A stretch of DNA of 49,229 bases from Leptolyngbyaceae cyanobacterium (GTDB lineage: Bacteria; Cyanobacteriota; Cyanobacteriia; Phormidesmidales; Phormidesmidaceae). The position numbers were made by a program, and so were the translations under genes. Below are positions 10,226-18,852 of the stretch, piece by piece. Below the pieces are notes generated by a model, which was given only the letters and a program-made list of their open reading frames with translations, searched no databases and was not told the origin of the DNA. Numbering within the stretch: the first letter of the stretch is position 1; every line of letters starts with the position of its first letter. Location of the stretch: positions 1 through 49,229 of the forward strand of contig JBHJHA010000047.1 in assembly GCA_050331235.1 (NCBI GenBank), read 5' to 3'.

Positions 10226-10924
10226 CTAAATAGGTGATTGACTAGCAGAGAGTCGTCGGTTGCGCTCCAGCGTGAGTTGCACCTCGACCAGCTCAGCTAA
10301 CTGTCGCGTGAGGTGGTCGGCCTTTTTTTGGGCACTGACTTTGCGGTGCAGGGCGGCCCGGGCGAGATCTTCACGATCGCGTTGCAGGGCTTCTTCAGCA
10401 ACTCGCTGCCAACTCTCAATCTCTTGCTGAGTTTGCTGATACTGAGTCTTCAGGGTCGTGTGGGCGGCTGCAATATTACCAAGGGCCTGCTGCAAGAGCT
10501 GCTTGGCTTCAGCCGGAGCGCGATCGCGAGCAGTCCCTTCAATCAAGTGACGCAGATCCAGTAAATTATAGCGATCAAGCTGTAGACCAAAGCCCGCTAG
10601 CTGCTCACAATCGCTGCGTCCCGTTTTGCACCAATTGGCAAAATGTTCACAATTATTGGTAAAGAGGTCATACTTTTGTTCCCCCAGGCGGCTCTCTGCC
10701 CTTTGAACCACGATGTGGGGCAAAAAAGCGGGCGATCGCGGTTTCACAAAGACCCGCCCTCCACGGGCAAAGAGATCCCGGGGCGTCCGGGTGACTGTAG
10801 CGACTTCCCCACCTTTGTAGTAGTGAATAATCGCATCACCGCCACAGTCGATACCGTGATGTTCGTAAATCCCCGTCATGCCTGCGAGCTCCCTCATTGC
10901 ATAGACTTGATCTCCTAGTGCCAT
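10226..10924 (-). CDS. LRAT/PLAAT (NlpC/P60 superfamily, NC motif) domain fused to a C-terminal PspA/IM30-like coiled-coil hairpin
   Basis: Likely start ATG 10924 (MALGDQVY). Motifs YEHHGI, IIHY and RAESRLGEQKYDLFTNNCEHFANWCKTG. C-terminal IESWQRVAEEALQRDREDLARAALHRK resembles the PspA/Vipp1 hairpin turn. Confidence 0.85.
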   Translation of the reverse strand: MALGDQVYAMRELAGMTGIYEHHGIDCGGDAIIHYYKGGEVATVTRTPRDLFARGGRVFVKPRSPAFLPHIVVQRAESRLGEQKYDLFTNNCEHFANWCKTGRSDCEQLAGFGLQLDRYNLLDLRHLIEGTARDRAPAEAKQLLQQALGNIAAAHTTLKTQYQQTQQEIESWQRVAEEALQRDREDLARAALHRKVSAQKKADHLTRQLAELVEVQLTLERNRRLSASQSPI

Positions 10925-10988
10925 CAGAGAACCTCGGGGGCCAACGCAAATACAACAGTTTTCCACATATCTACGCTAACGCGATCGG

Positions 10989-11441
10989 TTACTTAGCAGA
11001 CGAAATCTGGTCGTGCTCCTCATCAATGCGGGAAGGATAAGCCTCTGGTATATCGGCGTTATTTTCACCGGGTTCAATTTTAGTGCGGTTGGCGGCTTCG
11101 TCTCTCAGCTTACGCAGTGCCCGCATCGAATCATTACCATCGTCAGCAATGTTGATCTGAATGTTGGGCCCTGACCGCGCCAGACGAATAACAATGCCAT
11201 CTTGCACAACGGCCTGGGCAACTCGCTTGCCATCGAGATAGGTGCCGTTAGTGCCCAAGTTGACGATTTCCCACCCTTCGCTGGTCTGTCTCAGCTCCAC
11301 ATGGTGACGAGAAACCACAGCACTGTAGAGGACAACCTGGTTCTCAGTTGAGCGGCCAATTCGAATCACAGAGTCTTCGTCAAACGTCCAATGCTGGACA
11401 GGTTTTTTATTCAGCGGATGTAGTAGCGATAGAGTAATCAC
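10989..11441 (-). CDS. FHA domain protein
   Basis: IRIGRS, VVSRHH and LGTNGTY are FHA pThr-binding motifs. GTG start at 11441 (alternative TTG 11450). Confidence 0.88.
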   Translation of the reverse strand: MITLSLLHPLNKKPVQHWTFDEDSVIRIGRSTENQVVLYSAVVSRHHVELRQTSEGWEIVNLGTNGTYLDGKRVAQAVVQDGIVIRLARSGPNIQINIADDGNDSMRALRKLRDEAANRTKIEPGENNADIPEAYPSRIDEEHDQISSAK

Positions 11442-11509
11442 ATCACTCAACCCGTAGGGGATAGCAAAAGTCTAAAAACGGCTGCAAGCTAGCTTAAGGG
11501 TAAACCTAC

Positions 11510-12325
11510 TTAGCCAGATTGAAAAATAAAAGTAACTTTATCTCCTTTGCCCAAGGCGATGCGATCTCCGCCACGGAGTCGGTGCCGGTTTCCAGGGGGC
11601 AGCGGCATATTGTTGATGTAAGTTCCATTGGAGCTACCTACATCTTCCAAATAGTAGATATCTCCTTCAACGCGGATGCTGGCGTGCACGCGGGACACGA
11701 TCTCTGAGCTGGGAAACCCCGAAACATCGATCGTGGGTGGAATGCGATCGTTGGGTTTGCCGATATGAAGAATGCTCAACTGACTGGGAAGTTCCACAAC
11801 CGTGTTGGTCTGTACATGCAACAGCTTTGCCTGGTTAATCTGGAGCTGAGTCGAGCCCGGGGGAACAGATGTAGCTGGAAGAGGCGGTGGCGGTGCCTCC
11901 GGCGGGCTCGTCATCGGCTCACTCGCCTCGATTGGGGCGGAAATCCCAGCGGAATACGCTGGGGTCTCTGATGTGGCACCAGGATTAGTCTTGTCTGGAA
12001 TATTCACAACGGGCTCAGACTCTACCAGCGGCTCTGGCGGCAGCAGCTCAGGAATTTCAACACCGTTGCCGGGCGAAGTCAACTCATAATCGATTACCGG
12101 TTCCGATGCTTGCCCTGTCTCAGTGGTGGACATGTCAGGCTCAGGAGTCCCCGGCGCATTGCTCTGCCTGAGGTCAAACCCGCACTGACCACAAAAGCTA
12201 GCATCGGACTGTACGGCAGCCTTGCAGCTAGGGCAGTGGGTCAGGGTAGGCAAGGGTGTGTAGCAAGCCTCACACTGCACTGCACCGTCCGGATTTTGAT
12301 GATTACAGTTGGGGCAAACGATCAT
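11510..12325 (-). CDS. Double zinc ribbon + Pro-rich linker + FHA protein (FraH-like)
   Basis: Four CxxC pairs (CPNC, CEAC, CPSC, CGQC), then FHA motifs HIGKPN, VSRVHA, GSSNGTY. ATG at 12325 (MIVCPNC). Confidence 0.87.
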   Translation of the reverse strand: MIVCPNCNHQNPDGAVQCEACYTPLPTLTHCPSCKAAVQSDASFCGQCGFDLRQSNAPGTPEPDMSTTETGQASEPVIDYELTSPGNGVEIPELLPPEPLVESEPVVNIPDKTNPGATSETPAYSAGISAPIEASEPMTSPPEAPPPPLPATSVPPGSTQLQINQAKLLHVQTNTVVELPSQLSILHIGKPNDRIPPTIDVSGFPSSEIVSRVHASIRVEGDIYYLEDVGSSNGTYINNMPLPPGNRHRLRGGDRIALGKGDKVTFIFQSG

Positions 12326-12502
12326 GACTATACCTTTTACTTGCAATCATCATAAGAAGAGAGTACCCAAAACGCATTCCAAGTTTGAGATCAAATTTCA
12401 CCCAGGACTTTCTGTTCCCAACAATATAAATAAATGGGTGATTTTAAGGCAAGGATCGCCACGGCGATCGCCGGGCCACAGGCTGAGCCTATATAAGTTG
12501 TT

Positions 12503-13081
12503 CTAAGACTTCATTTGACGTTTTAAGTCTTCCAGTTCTTCCTCCGTCTCCCAACGTTGAAAGGTCTCTTCTAGAGGATCAACAGGGTGATTAAAACTTT
12601 GATAAGGGCTAGCCTGCCAGCCGCTGGTCTGTTGAGTTCGGCTCGCCGCCGCGGCGGTCTGCTGGGCGCCAGCTGTAGCAATTTTAACTTTCAGCTCACG
12701 CCGACGTTCATGGATCTGCTGCTGGAGCTGTCGCGTTTGGTCAATGCGATCTTTGATCCCCTGCATTTGTCCCCAGAGATGATTACCTTCTCTTAGCAAG
12801 GCCGCTTCTCGAGCTTGAGCAGATCCGACTAAGTCTTGGCGATTAGCCGCCTGAGCTTTTTTGATCCGCTCATGCCAGCGCTGAATCTCTTGCGCCTTCG
12901 TCAGGATGCTATCTTCAATCTGCTGCTGTCGACGTTTGAGATCACCTAGCAGATTAATTGCATCCTCTTCTTGTCCCCGCAGCTGCTCTTCCAGTGCCAT
13001 GAGCTCTAGATGCGGGTTGGCTTTCAAAAACTCATCTAGACGGCTTTCTAAAAAGCGACTGAGATCTTCAAACAGACCCAT
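12503..13081 (-). CDS. TIGR04376-family PspA-like coiled-coil protein
   Basis: N-terminal amphipathic MGLFEDLSRFLESRLDEFL, hairpin EIQRWHERIKKAQAANRQDL, C-terminal EEELEDLKRQM; layout resembles PspA/Vipp1. Confidence 0.8.
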   Translation of the reverse strand: MGLFEDLSRFLESRLDEFLKANPHLELMALEEQLRGQEEDAINLLGDLKRRQQQIEDSILTKAQEIQRWHERIKKAQAANRQDLVGSAQAREAALLREGNHLWGQMQGIKDRIDQTRQLQQQIHERRRELKVKIATAGAQQTAAAASRTQQTSGWQASPYQSFNHPVDPLEETFQRWETEEELEDLKRQMKS

Positions 13082-13129
13082 GCCGGTTGGCTCCTCTCAT
13101 GCACTGTCATCACTCTAAGACAGGTCAGG

Positions 13130-14188
13130 TTAAAACTGTTGACCAATATAGAGTGTTCTGACTTCACCATTCCGCCGGATGATTGCTTCCTCATTAGCCA
13201 CTGAGACAAGAGACCAGCCACTATTGCCGACTCGCTCGCCAATGTAGACTCGCTGAGGCACGCCAGCGATCTCAAAGAGCGCAGCAGAGCGATCGCCGAG
13301 CTCCAGCACCCCCAACAGCGTATGCGGATTTTGAACTGCGCCAGAATTAGTAGAGGCCGTCGCATTGCTGCTGCTACCAGAATTGATTGCCGGTGGGACA
13401 TTAGCCTGAGCAGCCGGTGAGTTAGGGGCGGCCTGGGCAGAGGGGTAAGGCACATAAACCCGCTCAATGACATTCACGGAACCCGGTATGGACGACAAAG
13501 CCCCTGGGGTGCCGGGCGGTAAAGCAGAACTATTAACCGGTGGCAGGGGTACAGTACTGCCAGGGTTAAGGGCGATCGCGACCTCTCCAACGTCAGCTGT
13601 CGCTCCTGGCGCAGAATTGCTTTGGGCAATCACATCCAGCGAACGCCGGAGATATTCTAAAAATTCTGCGTGGTCGGGCAGGGTTGGCACATCCGTCTTC
13701 GGCACGGCAGTCGCAGTCACAGCCTCCACCTGCTGACGCTGATGCATCCATAGCCCCAAGGTAGCCAACAAGATCAGTCCGGCGGCTCCAAGCAACGCCC
13801 GGTTCATAGTAACGAGTCGTCGCCATCCTCGGGGCGGATTTGCCGGAGTCGCCAGCGATTCTGATTCTGTTTCCAGCGCTAAGGCTGGCAACGTTGTCGG
13901 CACCGCCGCCAGTGTTGGCGCGTCATTCTCCATAGCCGAATCCAGCAGGACCGGTGGGAGCCCCTCTTCCGTAAAATTCAGCGTCAACTCAGCGGCGGGT
14001 TCCGGTTCAGCAAGGTCAACCGGGTACGTGAGCGTCTCCAACGCTTCGGCATCGCCCTCTAGGGCCCGCTCAACCCCCTCAAAGAGATCGTCCATGAGAC
14101 GCTCTGCTGAGGTGTCGGCCATCTGCTCAGGCTCAGGAAGCTCAGGCATAGATTCAGAATCCAATAGAGAAGCTTTGCGATTAATCAT
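13130..14188 (-). CDS. Single-pass membrane protein with C-terminal GspC(HR)/PilP-like beta domain
   Basis: Acidic N-terminus, one TM helix (LLGAAGLILLATLGLWM), Pro/Ala/Ser linker, terminal TLLGVLELGDRSAALFEI..VYIGERVGNSGWSLVSV..AIIRRNGE. Confidence 0.65.
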   Translation of the reverse strand: MINRKASLLDSESMPELPEPEQMADTSAERLMDDLFEGVERALEGDAEALETLTYPVDLAEPEPAAELTLNFTEEGLPPVLLDSAMENDAPTLAAVPTTLPALALETESESLATPANPPRGWRRLVTMNRALLGAAGLILLATLGLWMHQRQQVEAVTATAVPKTDVPTLPDHAEFLEYLRRSLDVIAQSNSAPGATADVGEVAIALNPGSTVPLPPVNSSALPPGTPGALSSIPGSVNVIERVYVPYPSAQAAPNSPAAQANVPPAINSGSSSNATASTNSGAVQNPHTLLGVLELGDRSAALFEIAGVPQRVYIGERVGNSGWSLVSVANEEAIIRRNGEVRTLYIGQQF

Positions 14189-14528
14189 GCTGTGATTCTG
14201 CGAAAAGGCCGTCCAGTCGTCAAGATTAGCGAGGCCAACCCAAAATTACTCAAAACGCTGCATATGACGTTAGCAATCCTGCGTAGAATGCAACGCTTTC
14301 CCTAAAAATTGTCAACAAAATTAACAGTTTTGGGATCAAGAGTGAGGTGACAAGGGGCAGGGCTTGTCCTGTGCCGTGAGCATGGCAGTCTTATTGGGGA
14401 GCAGCGGAACTTCGGGGCGGGGGCATGACGTCTGGTATATCCGTGACCGCTGTGTAAGCCCTGGCTGCGGCAGCCCTCTATCGCAGATCGCTCGATAAGC
14501 TATGCTAGTATTCTATAGATTTGTCTTA

Positions 14529-14602
14529 CGGGATGTAGCGCAGCTTGGTAGCGCGCCTGCTTTGGGAGCAGGATGTCGCAGGTTCGAATCCTGTCATCCC
14601 GA
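14529..14602 (+). tRNA. trnP: tRNA-Pro (anticodon TGG), CCA not encoded
   Basis: Acceptor stem cgggatg/catcccg, D-arm gcgcagcttggtagcgc, anticodon arm cctgc-ttTGGga-gcagg, T-loop ggttcgaatcc. Confidence 0.97.
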
Positions 14603-14806
14603 TTGTTGGTTTTTGCGTCCTGAGCGTCTTGGGTGATCACGGTGTCAAAGCCACAACTGCCCAAAACCCTGCTAGCATGTCTCGCAGAAAGCGCCTGCCG
14701 ATTTTTAGAAACGATAGATCGTGCGGTTCTGGCATCGTTTCGGTTGCCTGCGTTGCCCAGGGTGTGAGCAGATTATCGCCCGTTGTTTTGAGGACCTGAT
14801 AAACCC

Positions 14807-15547
14807 ATGTTGTATAAGATTTTTCGACGATTGACCTCCGCAGGACTAGCCGGCATGGCGATCGCGGGATCTACGGCACTAATGGCGATCAGTCCTGCCT
14901 TCGCACTCTCTGAAAGCGCCATCTTAGAAAAACTCGACGGAATTCCAGTCTTTTTGATTGTGAATGGTGATGGTCAATCACTCACAGCTAATATTCCAGC
15001 GGAATCCGAAGGAGCAGAAATCCAGGTCCCGATTGTGTTTATCGACTCCACCGAAGCAGAAAATTTCCTCGATGAGGCAGAAAATGAAGGGGCGGCGATC
15101 GCCACGGATGCGCGAATCGCAGTTTTGCCCCTGGATGAAGTATATCGAGAGGCCAGCTCCCAATTGGCAGGGCCAGACTCTCTTGTGTACATTCCCAGCG
15201 CGATCTCAGTGGGCCAGGCTTCCGAAATCGTCGAACAAGAGATCATTGGGGTGCCCTTGTACGCCGCTGTGGATTTGGAAAATCAGCGCTATCTGCTGAC
15301 CGGCGACAACAAGCTACCTATGTTCTTTGCCTTTGAAGACTTACAGGCCCAGGTGCTGTCACTGGTAGAAACCAATCCCGAAATTGAAGAAAATATCGGC
15401 GTTGAGGTGACGACTTTGGAAACCATTCTGAGCAACATGTTGGCAAATGATCCCGATAATGACTCAGTTTTAGAACTTGTGGAGTTTATTCCTTCGTCAC
15501 AGACGGTTGAATATCTGGAGTCATTATCGGGCGAAGGGACTCCGTAA
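14807..15547 (+). CDS. Tic22 family periplasmic chaperone
   Basis: Signal peptide ending PAFA, then LSESAILEKLDGIPVFLI, GVPLYAA, LPMFF, IGVEVTTLE, FIPS. Confidence 0.82.
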   Translation: MLYKIFRRLTSAGLAGMAIAGSTALMAISPAFALSESAILEKLDGIPVFLIVNGDGQSLTANIPAESEGAEIQVPIVFIDSTEAENFLDEAENEGAAIATDARIAVLPLDEVYREASSQLAGPDSLVYIPSAISVGQASEIVEQEIIGVPLYAAVDLENQRYLLTGDNKLPMFFAFEDLQAQVLSLVETNPEIEENIGVEVTTLETILSNMLANDPDNDSVLELVEFIPSSQTVEYLESLSGEGTP

Positions 15548-15581
15548 CCCTAGATATAGATAGCTTTTACTGCTGCTGATA

Positions 15582-16004
15582 TTAGTGGTTGGCATGTTCG
15601 ATAATAGGACAATAGTCCGCGTCCAGCCGTTCCCGCTGATCAGCTTCTTCGATGAGCAATCTGAGTTGACTTTTGAGGTCTTGCAACTGTTGAATACGGT
15701 CCTCAATTTCAACAATCTTGGCTTGAAATTTATGGCGAACATTTTGACAAGGACGCTGGCCCGAATCCGCAATCCCCAAAATATCTTGAATATCATTGAG
15801 ACTTAGCCCCAGAGCTTGCGACTGGCGGATAAAACTGAGGCGCGATAAGACCGAAGGACGAAATAACCTGAAGCCCCCGGAGGTACGCTGGGCAGCTTGA
15901 ATTAAGCCTCGCTCTTCGTAGAAACGGATAGTTTTAACCGGCAATTGGCTTTGGCTGCTAACTTGACCGATCTTTAGCAGTTCCGATTGGGCGTTTGTCA
16001 TCAT
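15582..16004 (-). CDS. MerR-family heavy-metal-responsive transcriptional regulator
   Basis: LKIGQVS..VKTIRFYEERGLI..RTSGGFRLF..LGLSLNDI; cysteines in RPCQ and YCPII. Confidence 0.9.
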   Translation of the reverse strand: MMTNAQSELLKIGQVSSQSQLPVKTIRFYEERGLIQAAQRTSGGFRLFRPSVLSRLSFIRQSQALGLSLNDIQDILGIADSGQRPCQNVRHKFQAKIVEIEDRIQQLQDLKSQLRLLIEEADQRERLDADYCPIIEHANH

Positions 16005-16043
16005 TTTGCCCTCAAAATCTAATTGGCTTTCCCCAAGGGTAAC

Positions 16044-16075
16044 TTGCCTCTCTAGTGTGCTGGAGAGTTTGTCAC
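16044..16075 (+). promoter_or_regulatory. Putative MerR-type operator dyad next to a -35-like hexamer
   Basis: TTGCCT (16044-49) overlaps dyad CTCTCTAG-tgtg-CTGGAGAG (16048-67, 7/8 bp complementary), about 40 nt upstream of the merR start. Confidence 0.55.
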
Positions 16076-16184
16076 GTTTTGCAGCGTAATATCAAGTCTG
16101 GTTAAAGTGACTGGGCGGAGATGCCGTCAGTGAAAGTAGCTAACTAGAGCAACGATCTCAGCCAATTGAGGCTATCTGGGTCAA

Positions 16185-17330
16185 TTATTGGTCGTAGTTT
16201 GAGGGGATGCATTGGGCTGGTGACCTCTGCATTGCCCGATAGAGCGACTCAATCGCGTGTAAAAACTGAGGTTGCTGCCAGTTTTGGTAAAGATGGCCAG
16301 CGATCGCGCAGCCGCCCGCCGCGACCCCTTCTTTGACAAAACCGGCTTCATATCGTCGCAAAGCTGCATATTGAGACTGCGCAAAAGACAGCTGGCTAGC
16401 CACGAGCGGCACCGGACCAACTAGATTAGCAATACCGACAACATCACAGGTGGCATCTTCGGCGACCCACCGCGTAGTGCCCACGACTATCTGGTGGGGC
16501 TGCCAGGACAGTTGATAATACTGAGTCAAGGCGCGAGCGAGGGCATAGACCGCCAACATCTGAGTGCCGCCAGCCAACAAAACTCCACCGTGACGACTAG
16601 CAGCGATCGCCATCCCTGCCACAACAATTTGCATGGGATCACCGATGGCCGCCACGACTTCCAGAGGTGAGGGATAGCTACCCAGGCGAGCTTTAGCCCG
16701 GGCTAGCCCGGTGGTGGCGATCGCTTGTTTTTGAGCGTGGTTGCAGGTGGGGTGACTACTGCTGACTTTACCGCTGACCGGCCAGCCCAGTCCCAGCAGC
16801 AAGGCCAAGGCCGTCGTGGTACCGCCAACGACACATTCTCCCAAAATGAGATAATCGGCATCGGGGCCTTGAGCTAGGCGATCGCCCCAGTGCAGCCCCC
16901 GCTCAAACAGGGCCTTGGCCACGGCAAGTGCCATCGCCTGACCAGTAGTGACACAGGCCGCTGGCACTCCTCCGCAGTCCACATGGGGAACGGGCGGCGG
17001 CTGCGGCAACCCCGCGGCGAAGACTTGCGTGGGAATTTGCTGAGCGGCCACAATGGCACGAGTAACCAAGACAGGGGATACGCCATCTACCAGCGGCGGT
17101 AGCGGGTAGCGCGGCTCTGACTGCACGCCCTCCACCAAAAATGCGGCATCGGCGATCGCCGTGGTTTGGCGATCGTCGGGCGTAGCCCCAGCGGCTGATA
17201 TACCTGGCACTAAGCCAGTTTCAGTAAAGCCCAGAATGCAGGCCAAATGGGGACGACAGCCCCGATGGGCTTGTAGCCACTGATGACCTCGAGCAACCGC
17301 AGTGTAGACACGATTCATCATATGGCTCAT
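16185..17330 (-). CDS. cobT: Nicotinate mononucleotide-dependent phosphoribosyltransferase CobT (cyanobacterial/archaeal type)
   Basis: LGFTETGLVPGISAAG, GECVVGGTTTA, LAGGTQM, GTTRWV, YEAGFVKEGVAAGG. Start probably ATG 17330 (or 17321/17318); the ORF-track start overlaps the upstream gene. Confidence 0.88.
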   Translation of the reverse strand: MSHMMNRVYTAVARGHQWLQAHRGCRPHLACILGFTETGLVPGISAAGATPDDRQTTAIADAAFLVEGVQSEPRYPLPPLVDGVSPVLVTRAIVAAQQIPTQVFAAGLPQPPPVPHVDCGGVPAACVTTGQAMALAVAKALFERGLHWGDRLAQGPDADYLILGECVVGGTTTALALLLGLGWPVSGKVSSSHPTCNHAQKQAIATTGLARAKARLGSYPSPLEVVAAIGDPMQIVVAGMAIAASRHGGVLLAGGTQMLAVYALARALTQYYQLSWQPHQIVVGTTRWVAEDATCDVVGIANLVGPVPLVASQLSFAQSQYAALRRYEAGFVKEGVAAGGCAIAGHLYQNWQQPQFLHAIESLYRAMQRSPAQCIPSNYDQ

Positions 17331-17341
17331 ATACAACGCGG

Positions 17342-18139
17342 CTAATTTTCGAGCAATTGCTGTACCCAGTTGGGGGGCAGCGGCATTTTTTCGCCTAGGC
17401 GCTCCAGTAATAGCCACGAGGCCAGATGCACGGTAAAGAGATAAACCACAGAGCTGACAATCACAATACCCAGGGCGGCAAGCTGGACCAAAGTAGTATT
17501 CGACTGACTCAGACTACCCCATTCTAAAATGCCGATATTTACCAGCTGGGTCAGGACCCAGTTGATAACTTGAGTCGCCTGGCTGATGAGATAAGTCCAC
17601 AGATCTTCTCCCAACATGAGCGACAGTAGCCACAACCGGACAAAGAAGCCAAGGGCACTCAACAAAGTGCCAATGGCAATGGAGAGATACCACGAGGCCC
17701 CGCGATACCACAACCAGCCCAACTGCACTCCTAACAACCCATAGGGCATCAAATACAACAGGCTGCGCGGAGGACCCATCAAGACGGCTAATAGCAACGT
17801 TGAGACCAAGGCCCCCATCCAGGCCGCCCGGTTACCCCATCGCAGATACACCAAGGCGATGGGCAGGGGAAATACGATGCGTAACAGCGGTCCGGGCGGA
17901 AAGTAAGCATTCACTAACCAAATCAGGCTGGCTGCGCTGGCTAAAAACGCCGTTTCTACCATGGCTGCCGGACCTTTGCTAGGACGCCTTGCCTGGTTGG
18001 GCACAGTGCTCCCTTGAGCCGGTCGATACTCTAAATAAGACTCGACAGCAGCTAATTCATCGGCGTCAGGCGGCGGTGCCTCGCTATCCCATAGAGGAAG
18101 TTGTGGTTCAGGCGTTGGGCCAGGAGCGGACTCAGCCAT
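17342..18139 (-). CDS. DUF2232-family multi-pass membrane protein
   Basis: MVETAFLASAASLIWL..FPLPIALVYLRWG..LMGPPRSL; several TM helices; tightly coupled between crp and cobT. Confidence 0.78.
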   Translation of the reverse strand: MAESAPGPTPEPQLPLWDSEAPPPDADELAAVESYLEYRPAQGSTVPNQARRPSKGPAAMVETAFLASAASLIWLVNAYFPPGPLLRIVFPLPIALVYLRWGNRAAWMGALVSTLLLAVLMGPPRSLLYLMPYGLLGVQLGWLWYRGASWYLSIAIGTLLSALGFFVRLWLLSLMLGEDLWTYLISQATQVINWVLTQLVNIGILEWGSLSQSNTTLVQLAALGIVIVSSVVYLFTVHLASWLLLERLGEKMPLPPNWVQQLLEN

Positions 18140-18147
18140 TATCTGCT

Positions 18148-18852
18148 TTATACCAGAAGTTTTTCGAGCGCACTAATATCAGGAATGCGCATGACATCGC
18201 GATCGCGCTTCAGTAGGGTTTTCTTTTCCAGCTTATTCAGTACACGGGTCACCGTTTCGCGCGCGAGCCCACTCAAGCTACTGAGTTCACGATGAGGCAA
18301 ATTAGGAATTTCGAGCCCCTCCGCCGACTCAACGCCTTGTCCCTCGGCCAAGAACAACAAAATATCAATCACCCGAGAGGTACTGTCTGATTCCCGGAGA
18401 CGCAGTCGCCGATTGACCTGCCGCAATCGGCGGGCCATTAGCTGCGATAGCCGAATTCCGGCCAAAGGCTCACTGTGAATTAGATTAACAAAGTCTTGGG
18501 CAGGCAAATTGCCGATTACCGTGGGCACTAAGGTCAACACATCTGTCGACCGAGGGACTTCATCTAGGGGGGCCATTTCGCCAAACAACTCCCCCTTCCC
18601 CAAGATGTTCAGTGTAATTTCCTTACCATCTAGGTTATATGTGCGGATTTTAACCCACCCATCCAAGATAAAATAAACTGCGCTGCCCCAATCATTTTCG
18701 AGGAGCAGGACTTGGTTTGCTGGATGACGACGGGTCACTGCTTGGGCAGTGGCTTTTTGGACGATATCTTCAGGCAATCCTTGAAAAAAGGGTGTTTCTT
18801 GTATCGCGCCCCCATCTATGGAGTTGTCACGAGATCCATAGCGGCTATCCAT
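18148..18852 (-). CDS. Crp/Fnr family transcriptional regulator (cAMP receptor protein-like)
   Basis: cNMP pocket FGEMAPLDEVPRSTDV; HTH HRELSSLSGLARETVTRVL. ATG 18852 (alternative TTG 18861). Confidence 0.9.
   Translation of the reverse strand: MDSRYGSRDNSIDGGAIQETPFFQGLPEDIVQKATAQAVTRRHPANQVLLLENDWGSAVYFILDGWVKIRTYNLDGKEITLNILGKGELFGEMAPLDEVPRSTDVLTLVPTVIGNLPAQDFVNLIHSEPLAGIRLSQLMARRLRQVNRRLRLRESDSTSRVIDILLFLAEGQGVESAEGLEIPNLPHRELSSLSGLARETVTRVLNKLEKKTLLKRDRDVMRIPDISALEKLLV

Noticed and set aside
14305..14331. Imperfect AT-rich dyad aaaattgtcaa-caaaa-ttaacagtttt
   Set aside because: 9/11 match in AT-rich promoter DNA; cannot be assigned to a regulator.
14545..14799. 84-aa ORF starting inside tRNA-Pro (and the 36770..37030 ORF overlapping ssrA)
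   Set aside because: Both overlap structural RNA genes and are likely spurious.
14603..14806. Integrated element at tRNA-Pro
   Set aside because: No integrase and no repeat of the tRNA 3' end in the window; the flanking genes look native.
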